This document shows positions 38,691 through 52,000 of a DNA stretch of 64,000 nucleotides, piece by piece (the stretch's first letter is position 1; every line of letters starts with the position of its first letter). The translations under genes and the position numbers were made by a program. Under the pieces are notes generated by a model that did no database searches, was not told where the DNA came from, and saw nothing but the letters and a program-made list of their open reading frames with translations. Source of the DNA: Convolutriloba macropyga. Its lineage: Eukaryota. The stretch is from contig NC_134474.1 in the NCBI RefSeq assembly GCF_964194025.1, forward strand, positions 40,548,001-40,612,000. The letters are read 5' to 3'.

Positions 38691-41149
38691 AGGAATATAA
38701 AACGGTATAATAGAGCTCTTTCTATACCCTAAAAACGTTACCAATAATGCAGAAGTCGAAAAAACAAGCTGTCCTCATATGGTTGTCACATAACTTAAGT
38801 ACCTCTTGAATCCTTTACTGACACCAAAGTGGATCAATTTTGTTTTAAAAAATGATAGTTTCAAGCTTGTTTGATATCTCGCACAGAAAGAGCAAAATTC
38901 AAAAAGTATCCGAAGACTAATATTCAAAATATTATACAATTGAGCAGAAATGCCGCCTAATTGGTTACCTAGTGCTACTATAGCACCAAACAGCGAAAGA
39001 CTCTAGCCTTAAATCTTCCACAGTTACGGCTCAAGAAAAGCTAGGCAATATTGAGAAAATCCCCCAGTTCAAATAGTATACACTCAGCGAGCTTCCCAAT
39101 GGTACCAAACGCAAGTTCGAAAACGGAGTAAATTCAAAGAAAACATACGCCTTGGTTGTAAAAAAATCAAAATTGTAACAATCAGAACAAGCTATAAGAA
39201 AGCGTTCGCGTTCACTGTTTAACAGAGAGAACAAAGACTTGATTAATCCCAACAGCAAAATTACTCCGAGATAACACATCGTTAGTTGAAAAATAAGACT
39301 TAATTGACCTTCTACGGAATTATACAACAATAGCATACAATAAAAACATTGGTACAATATCAATAACCATAAAAACCCTATAATAATAATGGTACAAGTT
39401 AGCTAGAGTTAAAAAAAATGAACTACATTGAAAATTAAAAATGAACTACATCTGCATCTGACGTACAAGGTGTAACAAAACTTAAAATCATATTTCTTAA
39501 TTCTCGTGCCATTAGAAGACTGACAATCGCTATTTTTGATTTCAATTCAAGGTCGAAAAAAAAAATCGATCTCAGATTAAGCGAACCCGCGTTATTTATA
39601 ATACGATCACCTTTGAAAAAGTTTTTTCTATGTATCTTTTAGCTCGCGTAAGTGCTAAACTATCTCGGTCAAAAACCTAAAGGTTCAAACATTTGAGTCA
39701 AGAATTAATAATTGTCAAGAGGGATGCAACTTTAATTGTCAGCAATTGCTTTAAAGACATGTATGTCAAATTCGACATGTTGATATTATGTACGCAGAGT
39801 TCGATAGTTTCAGCACGTAGAAGTAGACAGTGTAACCAACGGAACATCGCAAGCTATGGCCATATAGTTGTTCCAAACTTTGTGGATCAAAAATTTGGTG
39901 GAGATAGGCGAGAATAAATTGAGTTTAACTGAACGAAGGTTGAAAAGAACCACATGATTCAAGTAAATGAACGATAGGCAACCTTTCACTATTTTTGATT
40001 GTACATGAGGACTCGAAATTTAGATATCTCAATAAATAGAGCCAATAATGTATCTCGCTATAACAAAGAAACACAGTATCAAATGACGTTCTAGTAAAAA
40101 GTAAATAATCACTTTTTGCCCAATTAAAAGACAAGAAGTTACAAAAAGCCAATAACCGTAGCGAGCCTAGATTATTTTGAACTCTATAGATTTAGTTGCG
40201 TCTGTTTTAAAAGATAAATTGAAATAAATTGCAAGTCGCAACTGGAATTAAGTCAGAAAGGAAACAAGTTAGGTTTGGCGAGTTAAGCATGAACCGTTAG
40301 CGTTTCTAAACTTAGAATTCTTCGTCTGTTTAAAACTACATATATTCCACAGTTTGCGGTATTCAATTTCCACATACCAAATCCAAATCCTTTAGAATCT
40401 ACAAATGAGCAAGCACTTAATGTTCTTTTAAGCAGCTACTAATTCGACTTCAAACACGCTTTGAAAACAACAAAGTGAGCGGACGGTCCCGGAATAATCA
40501 AAATACATAGTGCGCAGTTATTCAAACTAAATTATGAATTTAATTTTTGTACATTATACACTTGATCATATAATATATACTTAAGATAACAATCACATGC
40601 AAACAATTTAAGCAAAAAGTTTCTAAATTATAAGTTGTAGATTTTTAACTAGTATAAGTTAACATCTATAATAAGTTAAAAAAATTAATTTCTAAAATTT
40701 AGACAAAACTACTATATTTTAAATTCTTTCAGAGCTAATTTAAAAAGACCAACCTCTAAAGTTGGCAAATATCGAAATAGGTTAAAGTATACTGGGCCTT
40801 CAGATGGTGAAGAATGCGTAATTGCTTTATTAATTTCTGAAAATCACTTGGTACGAGAAAAAATTCACAACTTATTAATTTCTGAAAACTCCATCTCTAT
40901 AAGTGTTAATTAATTATTAATTTCTTAAAATTCCCTGTCTGAGAAATTGAAATCCTTCAGCTGAATAAACTTAAATTCCAACAAAATTTAACAATTTTAA
41001 ATTTTTCAAAACGCCATAGACAAATCTGACAAGAATTGTGAAACAGTGCATGATATTAAAAAAGCTCCAAATCTTAGCCAAAAGTTTTCTAGCATTGATG
41101 TTTTTCGGAAAAATAACACAAAAATACGGTTTAGTTAGTGCTGTTTCAG

Positions 41150-41306
41150 NNNNNNNNNNNNNNNNNNNNNNNNNNNNNNNNNNNNNNNNNNNNNNNNNNN
41201 NNNNNNNNNNNNNNNNNNNNNNNNNNNNNNNNNNNNNNNNNNNNNNNNNNNNNNNNNNNNNNNNNNNNNNNNNNNNNNNNNNNNNNNNNNNNNNNNNNNN
41301 NNNNNN
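41150..41306. other. Assembly gap (N run)
   Basis: N bases. Confidence 0.99.
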
Positions 41307-41612
41307 CACTTATTTCGGAACAGAACAATTTTTAATTATTTTACATTTCATTTTGTGAAAAATTTTAACTCAGCCTTTGTTGCTTGTAGAAGTTTGCCAT
41401 AGTTACGAAAACTGACCAGAAACACCATTATGTTATGCCAATTATGTTCGAACATGTTCAGATAATCAAAATAACTATTTCAAGTCGACAGGGATTAGGT
41501 TAAATGAGGCATCAAGAAATTGAGGTAAATTTAAACAAAACTCCTTTAAAACCGCAACATTGATTTAAAAATCTTTCTACTCGCTATCATTTTTGTCATT
41601 TCTTTTTCTCAC

Positions 41613-41774
41613 NNNNNNNNNNNNNNNNNNNNNNNNNNNNNNNNNNNNNNNNNNNNNNNNNNNNNNNNNNNNNNNNNNNNNNNNNNNNNNNNNNNNNNNN
41701 NNNNNNNNNNNNNNNNNNNNNNNNNNNNNNNNNNNNNNNNNNNNNNNNNNNNNNNNNNNNNNNNNNNNNNNNNN
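41613..41774. other. Assembly gap (N run)
   Basis: N bases. Confidence 0.99.
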
Positions 41775-42057
41775 CTCAACCGCAGTATAATGTCATTGTG
41801 ATTTTTTTCGACCTTTCCCATTATAGCTCTCCCATCATCGTAATTATACCACAATGGTGGCTACTATTTCACGGGGAGCTATAATGGGAAGGAATACTGT
41901 TCCTCACCGGTCGTTAATTTTCTTCCAATGTGCAATTGTTGTTATCACCATTGCAGCTGAGTGATACACAGAACGGCATAGGATAGGTTCAAGACGGTTT
42001 TATACAACCATAATGTATTAACAATATTTCACAACAGATAGTGAGGAAGTCATTTTT

Positions 42058-42500
42058 GAGAGTGAGGTAAGTCACGTGTGCCGAACAACATAATCACTCG
42101 AATGGACAAACATATCGCTCCCCTAAGAATGAAAAATGACATTACGCATGCAATTCAGTTCAATTGCATGAAAAAAAGATTTGAAGAAATTGACGTCATA
42201 CGGCCGTTACAAAAATCTTGACCAAATAAAAAAAACATAGCAGGACAAGTCCTGAAATAATTCAAGGAATTTTCATTGATTAAACAAAACAACTATACCA
42301 AGAATGGACTACGAATGGATAGGAAAAACCATTTAGAAAAAATCGGATAACAAACTGTAATAATCAAGGTCAAATTGCTTTCATGTGGACAAAAACCACA
42401 AGCAGGAAAGCAAATTTTTGTTCAAACACCGTTTACTCACTCTACTGTAAAATTAGAGTGGAAAAAATTACACGCCACAAAACCACTCACTTTTTCATTA
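42058..42500 (+). repeat. Copy of a dispersed repeat family (also ~28140, ~30168, ~51283, reverse at ~27000-27125; 3' part also ~50300-50580)
   Basis: GAGTGAG(G/T)TAAGT(C/T)AC...TCGCTC...AAATGAC...AATTCA...GCATG; most copies also carry TGACGTC motifs. Confidence 0.75.
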
Positions 42501-44109
42501 TAAAAAATTCAAGAGAAAGCCAACAATAGCCCAAGGTATTGCTTTGCAGCTATTAAACAGCATAAATGCAATCGTCAAGTAAATTTGTCCGTTACACGAA
42601 GCTGAATTTTTAATACCACAGCCAAAAACTTTCAACTTGTCTCTTAGGAAATCCAGGTCAGATCCTCCGCTCTCCTTTTATTAGATTCCTACCATGTGAA
42701 TCTTCTGGATCCTCCGCATTTGTAATGGAGATTGCTATCAGAATCCAATAAAAATTGCATAAAAAGAAAATGAGTTAAGATGTACTGTTTTTCGAGTTTG
42801 AATGATAGTGTGAATCTGCTGGACAGCGTATTAACTCGAGCCCTTATATTTTTTTATCACACATTTGGTGGGATTTTGAAAGAAACTAAATCAAGTGCTG
42901 CAATGCTTTAGTGTTCCTCATCACCTCCTCAACAAACCCAAGACAGGAGTTCAGCTAGTTTTGGACAGACTGCATAAAATGGGCCACTTCTCCTCAGACA
43001 AGAAAAACCCTCCATCAATTCCTCTAGGCAAACGAGGCAGAGGTGGCAGACGCCGTGCTCAGGAATTCATTGATCGAAACCCGAAATCACAACAAGTTTC
43101 ATGGCTGAAGTACGGCAAATGATGCTAGGATTAGCTAAACAGTCATTTATTCAACATCAACTCGCATTTGTAATGGAGATGGCCATTAAACCAAATAAAA
43201 CTTGCTTAAATGCAAGCGCTTCACATAATCTCGGCCAATTTAGACTATTCATTAATGTCTCAATTCAAGTGCTATGCTGATTAATAAATAATCTTTACAA
43301 AGCAATTTTTCTCAAAAAGGGAGAGAAATAGCAAATAAGTGCGTCGAAGTTCACAAAACGCAGGATATATTGGATTTATTTCTGAATTTATGACATAACG
43401 CACACAAGTATCAAACCAAAGCAAATCGAAGATCTTGTACAACCCTTAATTTGGTCAAGCTAAGCCTGGAATTATAACTGCACTGTTGAAACAGTGAGAT
43501 AAATACCTTAATTCGAAACCTCCTTCCACATTAGGTTAAATTTTCAGGCCGGTTAAACGAAGTTGACTGCATCCCTTATTGTCATGATGGCCTTTTTTTC
43601 GCTATCAAAATTCTGAACGATCTTGCTTTTTGAAGACCAGGCGTCAAATTGTTTTACTTAAAAGCTACAAGAAAAATATATGAAACAAATTCAGAGCCCA
43701 CTGTCTACAGACTTCCCTTCTACATGCGATTTCTCTACAAACTGCTCACGACTCCTGAAAAAGAGACGGAAGCGACCAAATTTTTCTTAATAGGAAGATA
43801 TGTTAAAATGCATTTTTGCCAGTGGAAAAGGTCACCGTACCTCTCCAAGAGAAACGACGAAAGCGCTCAGTACGTTTGCAAAATTTCACTGGACGCATTT
43901 TATATACACCTAAAAGTTATGCTTTGCAGTGAAGTCTTCTACGGAATTATGGTAACTCTTTAGAATGAATTGGCGCACTTAGAAACAGTAATAGTTTGCT
44001 TCATAAATTTGATTACATGTAACTTACACCTAGTTACGACCTGATCAATGCAAAATTTAACTCCATCTTAAATTTGCTCTAGTATTGAATATATATAAAA
44101 TACGCAAAA

Positions 44110-44184
44110 AAAACCCCACAGATTCAACGGAGAATTACACATCTTGGCAAGATGTCTAGTTCTCCGTCGAATCTGAGGGGTTTT
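44110..44184. repeat. ~75-bp near-perfect hairpin
   Basis: AAACCCCACAGATTCAACGGAGAATTACACATCTTG-G-CAAGATGTCTAGTTCTCCGTCGAATCTGAGGGGTTT. Confidence 0.9.
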
Positions 44185-46314
44185 CTTTAGTATTTGAAAT
44201 TAATTACTAGGAACTTAAGTTTCCAGTGGAAACGTAAGCTCCAAATAATTAAATTTATCAAGACAGGCCAGCTGGCTCCTGCGAGTAGCTCAGAATAAAA
44301 GTTCCAACCAATTTTCAAGCGGGTCGAGAAAGCTTACATTATTCTGAGAAAATTATAACTATGTGAAAAATCAATAACCAACTTGCAGCAACTTTTTCGG
44401 AGAAATTTTCCTATTGTTTCCTTTTGTAAGAAAATCAGCTCAAAAATCCAACATCATCATATTTATAAATTTCAGCAACAATTTAAAACATTTGCAATTA
44501 GTTTATTTCGCAATAAAACAGTTTATAAAAGAATTTTTTCATAAAAGGAAAAAAACTTCAGAATCTTTAGACTGAGCTATGAATTGTCAAGAAATCAAAC
44601 TTGAATTCACTTATGCGTTGTATTGCAACAAACATATCACATGATAAATTTATCTTGCAAAAAATTTGCAGTGTTTGGAAAACAATGAACAATCGTTAAT
44701 ACTATTAAACAACTATTACACAACCGTTATACTAAATAAAAAGTCGAAAACTCGACCTAATGTCAGCTATGCGATGTTTACCGAAAAATAACTATTGTGC
44801 GACTCAAAATTTTTGTGATGTTTCAACCTTCAAAATTTAACAATTTTGGGATCATTACAGTATTGGCCAATACAATCCTTCTGACTAAATCAACTGGAGA
44901 GCATAGTTTTCACAGATAAATTAAATTAATAGAAATTAAACTCACAAAAAAACTTAAAACTATTTTCTCAAATATTTCGTTGCTTTTGAAATGTCAAAAT
45001 CTTGTTCAATTTCATTTGCTATCATTCAAACGTTGATAATCACGTATCTACTAAGAATGGCTTGTCTTCAGCTTAGCAAATGAGAGGAAAGTAATTTAAA
45101 AATTCAAGTGTCCATGTCTTCAGGCTTTTAGATAATTCGAAAAAATGTGTAATCAATTATGCCACGTTCGTTCGTTTCTCTCATTATTAATTTAATTTTT
45201 TTATTGAATTCAATGTTTTGTCAATTTGTTATTGAAAATCTTAATTAGCCGGACGACGTGATTACTATGGTTATCTTAGGAACCGAGGAACAAAAATAAT
45301 GAAGTTAAAGATCTTTTCCATTTTCAAACAAAAGGTCGTCTTATATCTTGTTCAGGTAACCAACACTCCTAACCGATGGGAGAGGATGATTGATAAAAAC
45401 TAATTTGAGCGTCAGCAGAACAGAAAGTTGTCGATTTTTCACTCCAGAAATTTTGTTTTCTGTTCTTAAACATTTCCAGTATACCCTATTTGATTAACTC
45501 TTAAAGATTTTGGTCAAATTTACTTTTATATCATCTAAAGGACAGGGTTTTACCCACTTCTTTACGAATTGGAATAATAATTTTGTTTTTTTCCCGTTTA
45601 AACATTTTCATCAATCGAAGAACGTTCATAAAAAAATCCAAAAATAACTGACTAACTTCAAGCAAATTGCTCTCAAACGACCGGCGAGCGATTGGCTTCA
45701 GTAGTAGCCAGTTGGGGTTAGGTATGATAGCAATGGGGAATGGAAGAGGATTAGGAGGGCTGGACAAGACGTGGTCCAAATCGGCAAATCGTACAAAACC
45801 ACAATGGATAAGAGGGTGGACGGGGCAACTGTTGGGGCGGGGTAAGTGCAGGTGACTGAGGGCGGGTCAAACTTTTAAGATTACAGACCGTCCTTCACTT
45901 CAGTAAACATCCTCCTCAAAGAAGCTTCGGTGTTCGGTGAATTGTGTACTAAGAGACTAATAAGGCGTAACACTCTAAAAGAACTTGATGCCCTCATCGC
46001 GTTACCTATTTATACCGTTTTTGAGAACGAAAAGTCAAATGCGTCAGACGAAAAATCTGTCAAGCGAAAAATTGCATTAGAAAAGACCACACAACTAATA
46101 TAATCGCTACAAACTTCCTTTGAGAGAAATTTGAAAAATGCGGATGCCAAAAATCAGCATATGGCTTTTAATATTAGTCAATTGTTCACTTTCGTACCAG
46201 AAGAATATTCACTTTAATCAATATTTAAGTAGAGTTAGATATACTTTTTTATCTCACTTATCGCTTCATATTTGGTCATTTGTGTAACAGTTCATGCGCA
46301 AACAATACTGACAA

Positions 46315-46989
46315 AAGATAGCTGGAAAGATTTTCAAGGTTAAACAAAAAGAAGGGAAAGGAAAAATAAATCGACAAACATTGAACTAATTACTCTCGAA
46401 CGACTGCCGAAGCAATCAATTTCGAATGGCGCATAGGCTAGAGAAACTTTTATGATGCTAAAACTTTTGACTGACGAGGGGTTCGGACCCGCGCCCTTAG
46501 ATGGTAGTCGGAAACATTATCCTCTACGATACACGGACTATATAAGTTCACCGCTTACAATTGGTTTTATTTTAGCAACAGAATTAATTTCTGAATGCGA
46601 GTAACAAAAATTACCCGAAAAATTAAAAACCCAAAGCTGAAAAACTCAGTTTCACTCCTTGAGCGACTTTTTTCCGCTTTGGGTTTTTAACTTTTTGGGT
46701 AATTTTTGTTACTCGAATTCCGAAAATAATTCTGCTGCTAAAATAAAACCAATTGTAAACGGTGAACTTACATAGTCCGTGTATCGTAGAGGATAATGTT
46801 TCCGACTACCATCTAAGGTCGCGGGTCCGAACCCCTCCCAGTCAGAAGTTTTAGCATCATAAAAGTTTCTCTAGCCTATGCGCCCTTCGAAATTGATTGC
46901 TTCGGCAGTCGTTCGAGAGTAATTCGTTCGATTTGTAATTTCCTTTCCCTTCTTTTTGGTTAACCTTGAAAATCTTTCCAGCTATCTTT
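46315..46989. repeat. ~675-bp palindrome; each ~330-bp arm contains an outward-facing tRNA-like sequence
   Basis: Arms AAAGATAGCTGGAAAGATTTTCAAGG... and ...CCTTGAAAATCTTTCCAGCTATCTTT with a ~20-nt spacer near 46655. A-box-like TATCGTAGAGG and B-box-like GG(T/TT)CGAACCC-type motifs at ~46782-46834 (+) and ~46478-46530 (-). Confidence 0.88.
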
Positions 46990-49048
46990 AGTTCAAAAAA
47001 GACACCTTCAAAATAATCGTCTCAAACTTCGTTCAAGTTCAAAAGCAATTAAATATGAAGTTAAGGCTCCCAAGTTTTCCTTAAAAAAGCTTTAATTAGT
47101 TATTGCAATTATCGCGTGTATAGTTAATAGCGTACGGTTTTGTTTCAATTAAAATCCAAATCAACAAATGAAAATTTTTTGGTTAAACCAAGCAGTAACT
47201 TCCAGTAGAACGTAACCTCTTTTTCCAAAATTATTCATTTCTATTTTAATTCAAAAGCCGCATACTTTGTGCAACTTTGCCTTAAAATCCAATTCAGTGA
47301 TACCTAACTCCTGTTTTGTCAAACATTCTCAACAATTAGCAAAAACTTCAGAGAAAAGAAAAAAAGCAATTACAGTTAGAATCACCTTCCCTTTTTTAAA
47401 TGGTTTTTAAAAAATTGGTTTCAAAATATTCATTCTACGAAGCTAATGATATTGAGGCTACAAAAATATCTCTGCCGTCCCCAAGGGTGCACCTTTTTCC
47501 TTCGAAGTTCTCTATCAAACTTTTTATATGTTCGCTCGCTTTTTAATTAGCATCAGAGTTTGTAATTTCAAAATAGAAGTCAAAACTAACTTCGAAGTTT
47601 AAAACCGCCTCGCATATGTATTCTGCGACTTTGAAAAAATACAACAATTAAGACTAAAAAATCGTGGCTGGTAGTCATCAAAGGCGATTCTATTTTCCAT
47701 TCTAAAAAGATTTACAAAGCCATCCGATGCGATTTTCGTTAAACTCCGTTAAAATCATTAGTGTATCTTGCAAAGTAAAAGACCGCATAATTACTAAAGC
47801 TATTTTTAAATCGAGACTGATGTTACGCTTTTTGTACTTAAAGTTTTTCCAAAAATTTTTAAACTTATTTGTTGACGTCTTTCAAATTAGGCTTCGTGAA
47901 AAATTAAACCTATCGCCTACCTTATATTTGCTTTGAAGCGGGAAACAAATTAACTTGTGTAAAAGAAGTTCAAAAAACTACGACAACGATGATGATGCTG
48001 TAGACAGATAATACGCCTCAGATGTGCATAAAAATGAAATCGTGCCAATTTTGAACCAAAAAATCAAAATTGTGATCAGCTTCTTTAAAAAAGGAGGGAC
48101 AAAAACAACTGCCCAAAATATTTTCGAGACAACAAAATAAATATCCTAAAGTTGACATGAACGTCAAGACTTATAATATCAATGCCAGTTTCCATCAAAT
48201 GTTTCTTTATCTGCGATTCGAGAAATCAATGATCAGAAAAATTATTGAAAACAATAGTCTTCAACAGGGTAAAATAATAGTCTTCTACAGGGTAACCAAG
48301 AAAAAAATGTTTACATGTAGTGCTTTTTACAAACGGAAGCAGTGTTTTACTCGACTCAGTTTACAAAGTCAGAAAGGAGTCCAAACAATTATGAATTGAC
48401 TGGTATGGCTACTTATTACTTGCAAGAAAAACACCAAAATCTCCTAAACATTAGCAGGGCAAATTTTCCGCAATCCTGCAGGCTTAATCTGAGAAGTGAA
48501 TACCGCAAAACTTCATTTTAACACTACGTCATCGACAAAAGAATTACAACACCTGAACACCAACTCTAAATCGTCCACTGAAACTTAAAGGCGCCGAAAA
48601 TTTTTAAGCTGTTCGTTTTCAAATTAAAACTACCTCTGGGTTTAGCAATGATTCAGAACCAACTTGCGCTGAGGATCAAAACGGGACCGTTCTTAAATCT
48701 CGGAGGAAATTATTCGTTGCAAATTTAATTGACGAATCCGGTAGATAGTCGAGAATATTTATATTCCTAAAAACATTGGCCAAAGAACGACTAATATGTA
48801 ATATATCTACCCTTATAATAGGTACCAGCCAAAAGTATTGAAGAAAAACACAAGTTTAGATTAACTGACGACAATGTCTGCCCTGGACACTCAATCTTCG
48901 CTTTTCATACATGCGCTCAATTTTTAAAAAATAAAAAGCAACTTCAATGATACTCAATTGTTTTTAATTACCCATTATAGCTTAAAAAACAGCTTTCAAA
49001 TTTGTGATTCAACATCACTGCCTCATTATCAAAATATTTCCACACAAC

Positions 49049-52000
49049 TCATTCTGAAAAGTTTTTCAGCTCATTCAGGGTTCCAATAAACAGCGACTGC
49101 TCGTAATTTGACGCCCAGTCATGCAAGTTGGCAAAAAATTCCTCTGACAAACCCAAATCTTGGAGATAATTGAACATAGCATCTTGAACAGGAACACTCA
49201 AAACGTCGAAATTGACTTCATAAGTTTCGTAATCGTCATTCTTTTTGTTCATGTGTCTGTTAAATGATAGGGTTCGGATAATTGGCCCCTCTGTGTCAAT
49301 ATCGGCCTCAATATGAAGAATTTTGTTGTTTTTCTTGATTTCTATTGAGATAGCATCGGGAATTGGGGAGCTCTGAAACAGGATTTATCAATCAACAGAT
49401 GTGCGAGACGTCTACGAATACTAAAGCGGGTCAGCGCATTGGACCAAAACTGCGCGAACTTTGTTCAAAACACTATTCGAATGGATTTTGCTCATTTTTA
49501 GCAAAAAAGATACAAATCTTCTGCTTGCCAAAAAATGTAGCAATAAGGAACAAAAAAATTGAAACTTTGACAAAAATGACGCAAATTATCAAATTTGAAA
49601 GAAAACGTTTGCTGAAAAGGAAAATAACTTTTGAAAAACTTTACCCGCAGAAATAAAATTTTAAAACCCTCCAAATTCATCTTAACCTTCACATCATGAA
49701 CTCATGTCTCCTCAACAGTTTCGATTACCCGTTTACTTATAAAATAGTTAAGCACTAAAATAGCTACTCCATGGCTTTATGGTCTCGGTGCTTTACCTGT
49801 TTCTCCAGTTTTCAAAAGAAAAGCAATCCGGAAAATTCAGAAAAACTTTGCAATAGACCTACCCTAAAACATAGCCGCCAGATTGGCAGAAAATATACGG
49901 CACTGACTCCACTCAATGACGTTGGGATTGCAACAGTTAGAGAAAAATAAATAAGAAAAATTGACAACCTAAAGCGTCAAAAAGTGTTTATTTGTTCTTC
50001 GTGATGAATTCAACCTCTAAATAGGATGACAATGAGCATACTAATATCAGTTAGGAGTACACTCCAATAAATCTTGTTCAATTAACGCAATAAGCCTTTC
50101 AACATTAGGTCTTAGCGCCCGTGCTCCTTATTGATTTATCCCGTTTCTATTGATTTCCATTGATTTCGGCTTTTAACATGGAACGAATTGGTGTAAATTT
50201 GCGGAAAATCTCTAATTCTACGCAGTTGGAACAGAGAGTGGAGTGAGTCCGAAGACAAATGTCAAAAGTTGTCAATTATATAAAACCAAAAAAGTTTAAA
50301 AAGAATAAAAAACATTACGACAAGTCCTGACCTACATTTCAAAGAACTTTCATTGATTAAACAAGAAACTAGACCTATAATGAATTATGATTGGATTGGA
50401 TAAACTTAGAAAAAAATTAAAGCATAAACAGTATAAAAAACAACAGTAAAAATAATAGTAAAATTACCGCATGGTTACAAAAAACCAGTAGCGAGAAAGC
50501 AATTTTATGTTCACACATATTTTTTCGCTAAATATTAAAAAAAGTGAAAAAATTTCAAGCCGCAAAACCACTCAATTTTTTGCTCAGCTTCCTGTTTCGA
50601 CCAAAATCAATGCTCCAATTTGACTTCTACTCGTTATGCGTACACCATAGAAATAACTTATCGAACACAATGAGAAAGACGTAAAAAAAAGACGCCAAAG
50701 TATAATTTGGCGAAGATCAGAATCTTTTTGAAAATTGTGTCCTCAAACAAAAATGTATAGATAGACCAAAAACACATCAGTATATACTAAAACCCTTAAT
50801 CAATACTACTCAACTTAAGAGTAAAAGAGTAAATGGTAAATATTTAGAGCAGAGTAAATATATTATTAAGTCCATTAGGCGGAAAAGGAAAAAATAACAC
50901 CAAATAAGTACAAGATTCAAAAATTCTATCTATTAAAACAATTGCTATCTATTAAAAAATTAGATAATAAAGAATCTGATGAATTGACAGAATTAACGCC
51001 ACGCTAAAGGCCAATAGGAACTTATCAGTGCGACAAGACTAAGAAAAGCTGCAAAAACAGCAAGAACAAAGATCCATGAACATTTGTTCGGCCAGAAATA
51101 ATGTAAGTCAAGAAAACTGCTGATCTGAAATCAAGCCAAAAACCAGAAGTACCTTTGCCTCGTTAGCCTGCTTCTATTAGCTGCCCTCTAGTACCCTTCA
51201 ATTCGAGTGCCACGCACTCACTCGACCTTATCCCTTAGAATTGAAAAAAAAAAGTCAATTTCATAGTGAGCAAGTCAATTTATGAGAGTGAGTTAAGTTA
51301 CGTGTGACCAAAAATTTAATCACTCGAATGAACAAAAAAATCGCTCAGTGTGAAAAATGACGTCACGCAAGGAATTCAATTAAAATTGCATGCACGTATG
51401 AACAATAAGCAGATTTGAAGTGATTGTGACGTCATACAGTTCTAACAAAAATCTTGACAAAAAACCAAGAGAAGGCCAATAATGGCATCAGCTATCGCTT
51501 TGCAAAAAAATACGTGCGATTAGAACACACGTGTAACATTATTATAGCACTGAATAAACACTGACAACAAAAATCAAATTGTCGCACGTGACAAAAAAAC
51601 GTGCAAGCGCCAAATTCTCACTCCACTTTCGAGATAGTTTTAAAAACGCTTCCAACCTAATAGCATTTTAGCTCCACTCTCATTTGACTTCTCAAAAAAA
51701 GTGCTCACAGACATCAAACAGTCAAACAGATCTTTAAAAAAAGAGCGCCCCTTTAGATTGTAAAAAAAGATAGCGCCGAAATAATAGCCTTTAGGAGGCC
51801 GAACAAGCAATTTAGATTACTCGAAACTCTAGAACTAAGCACAAAAACGTCGCTCAAAAAGAAAAAATCATCAAGCGAAAAATTGCATGAAGACTCAGAA
51901 CTAATTCAATTGCTAGACTTGATTGAGAGCAATTTATTGTCCGCAAAAAACAAATAACTGTTCAAACGTAATTCTTAAAATTTGATAGATAGCTACAATT

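Noticed and set aside
40971-41854. ORFs containing X runs
   Set aside because: Artefacts of the N gaps.
42600-43970. Possible transposase remnant
   Set aside because: Short broken ORFs with no motif I can identify.
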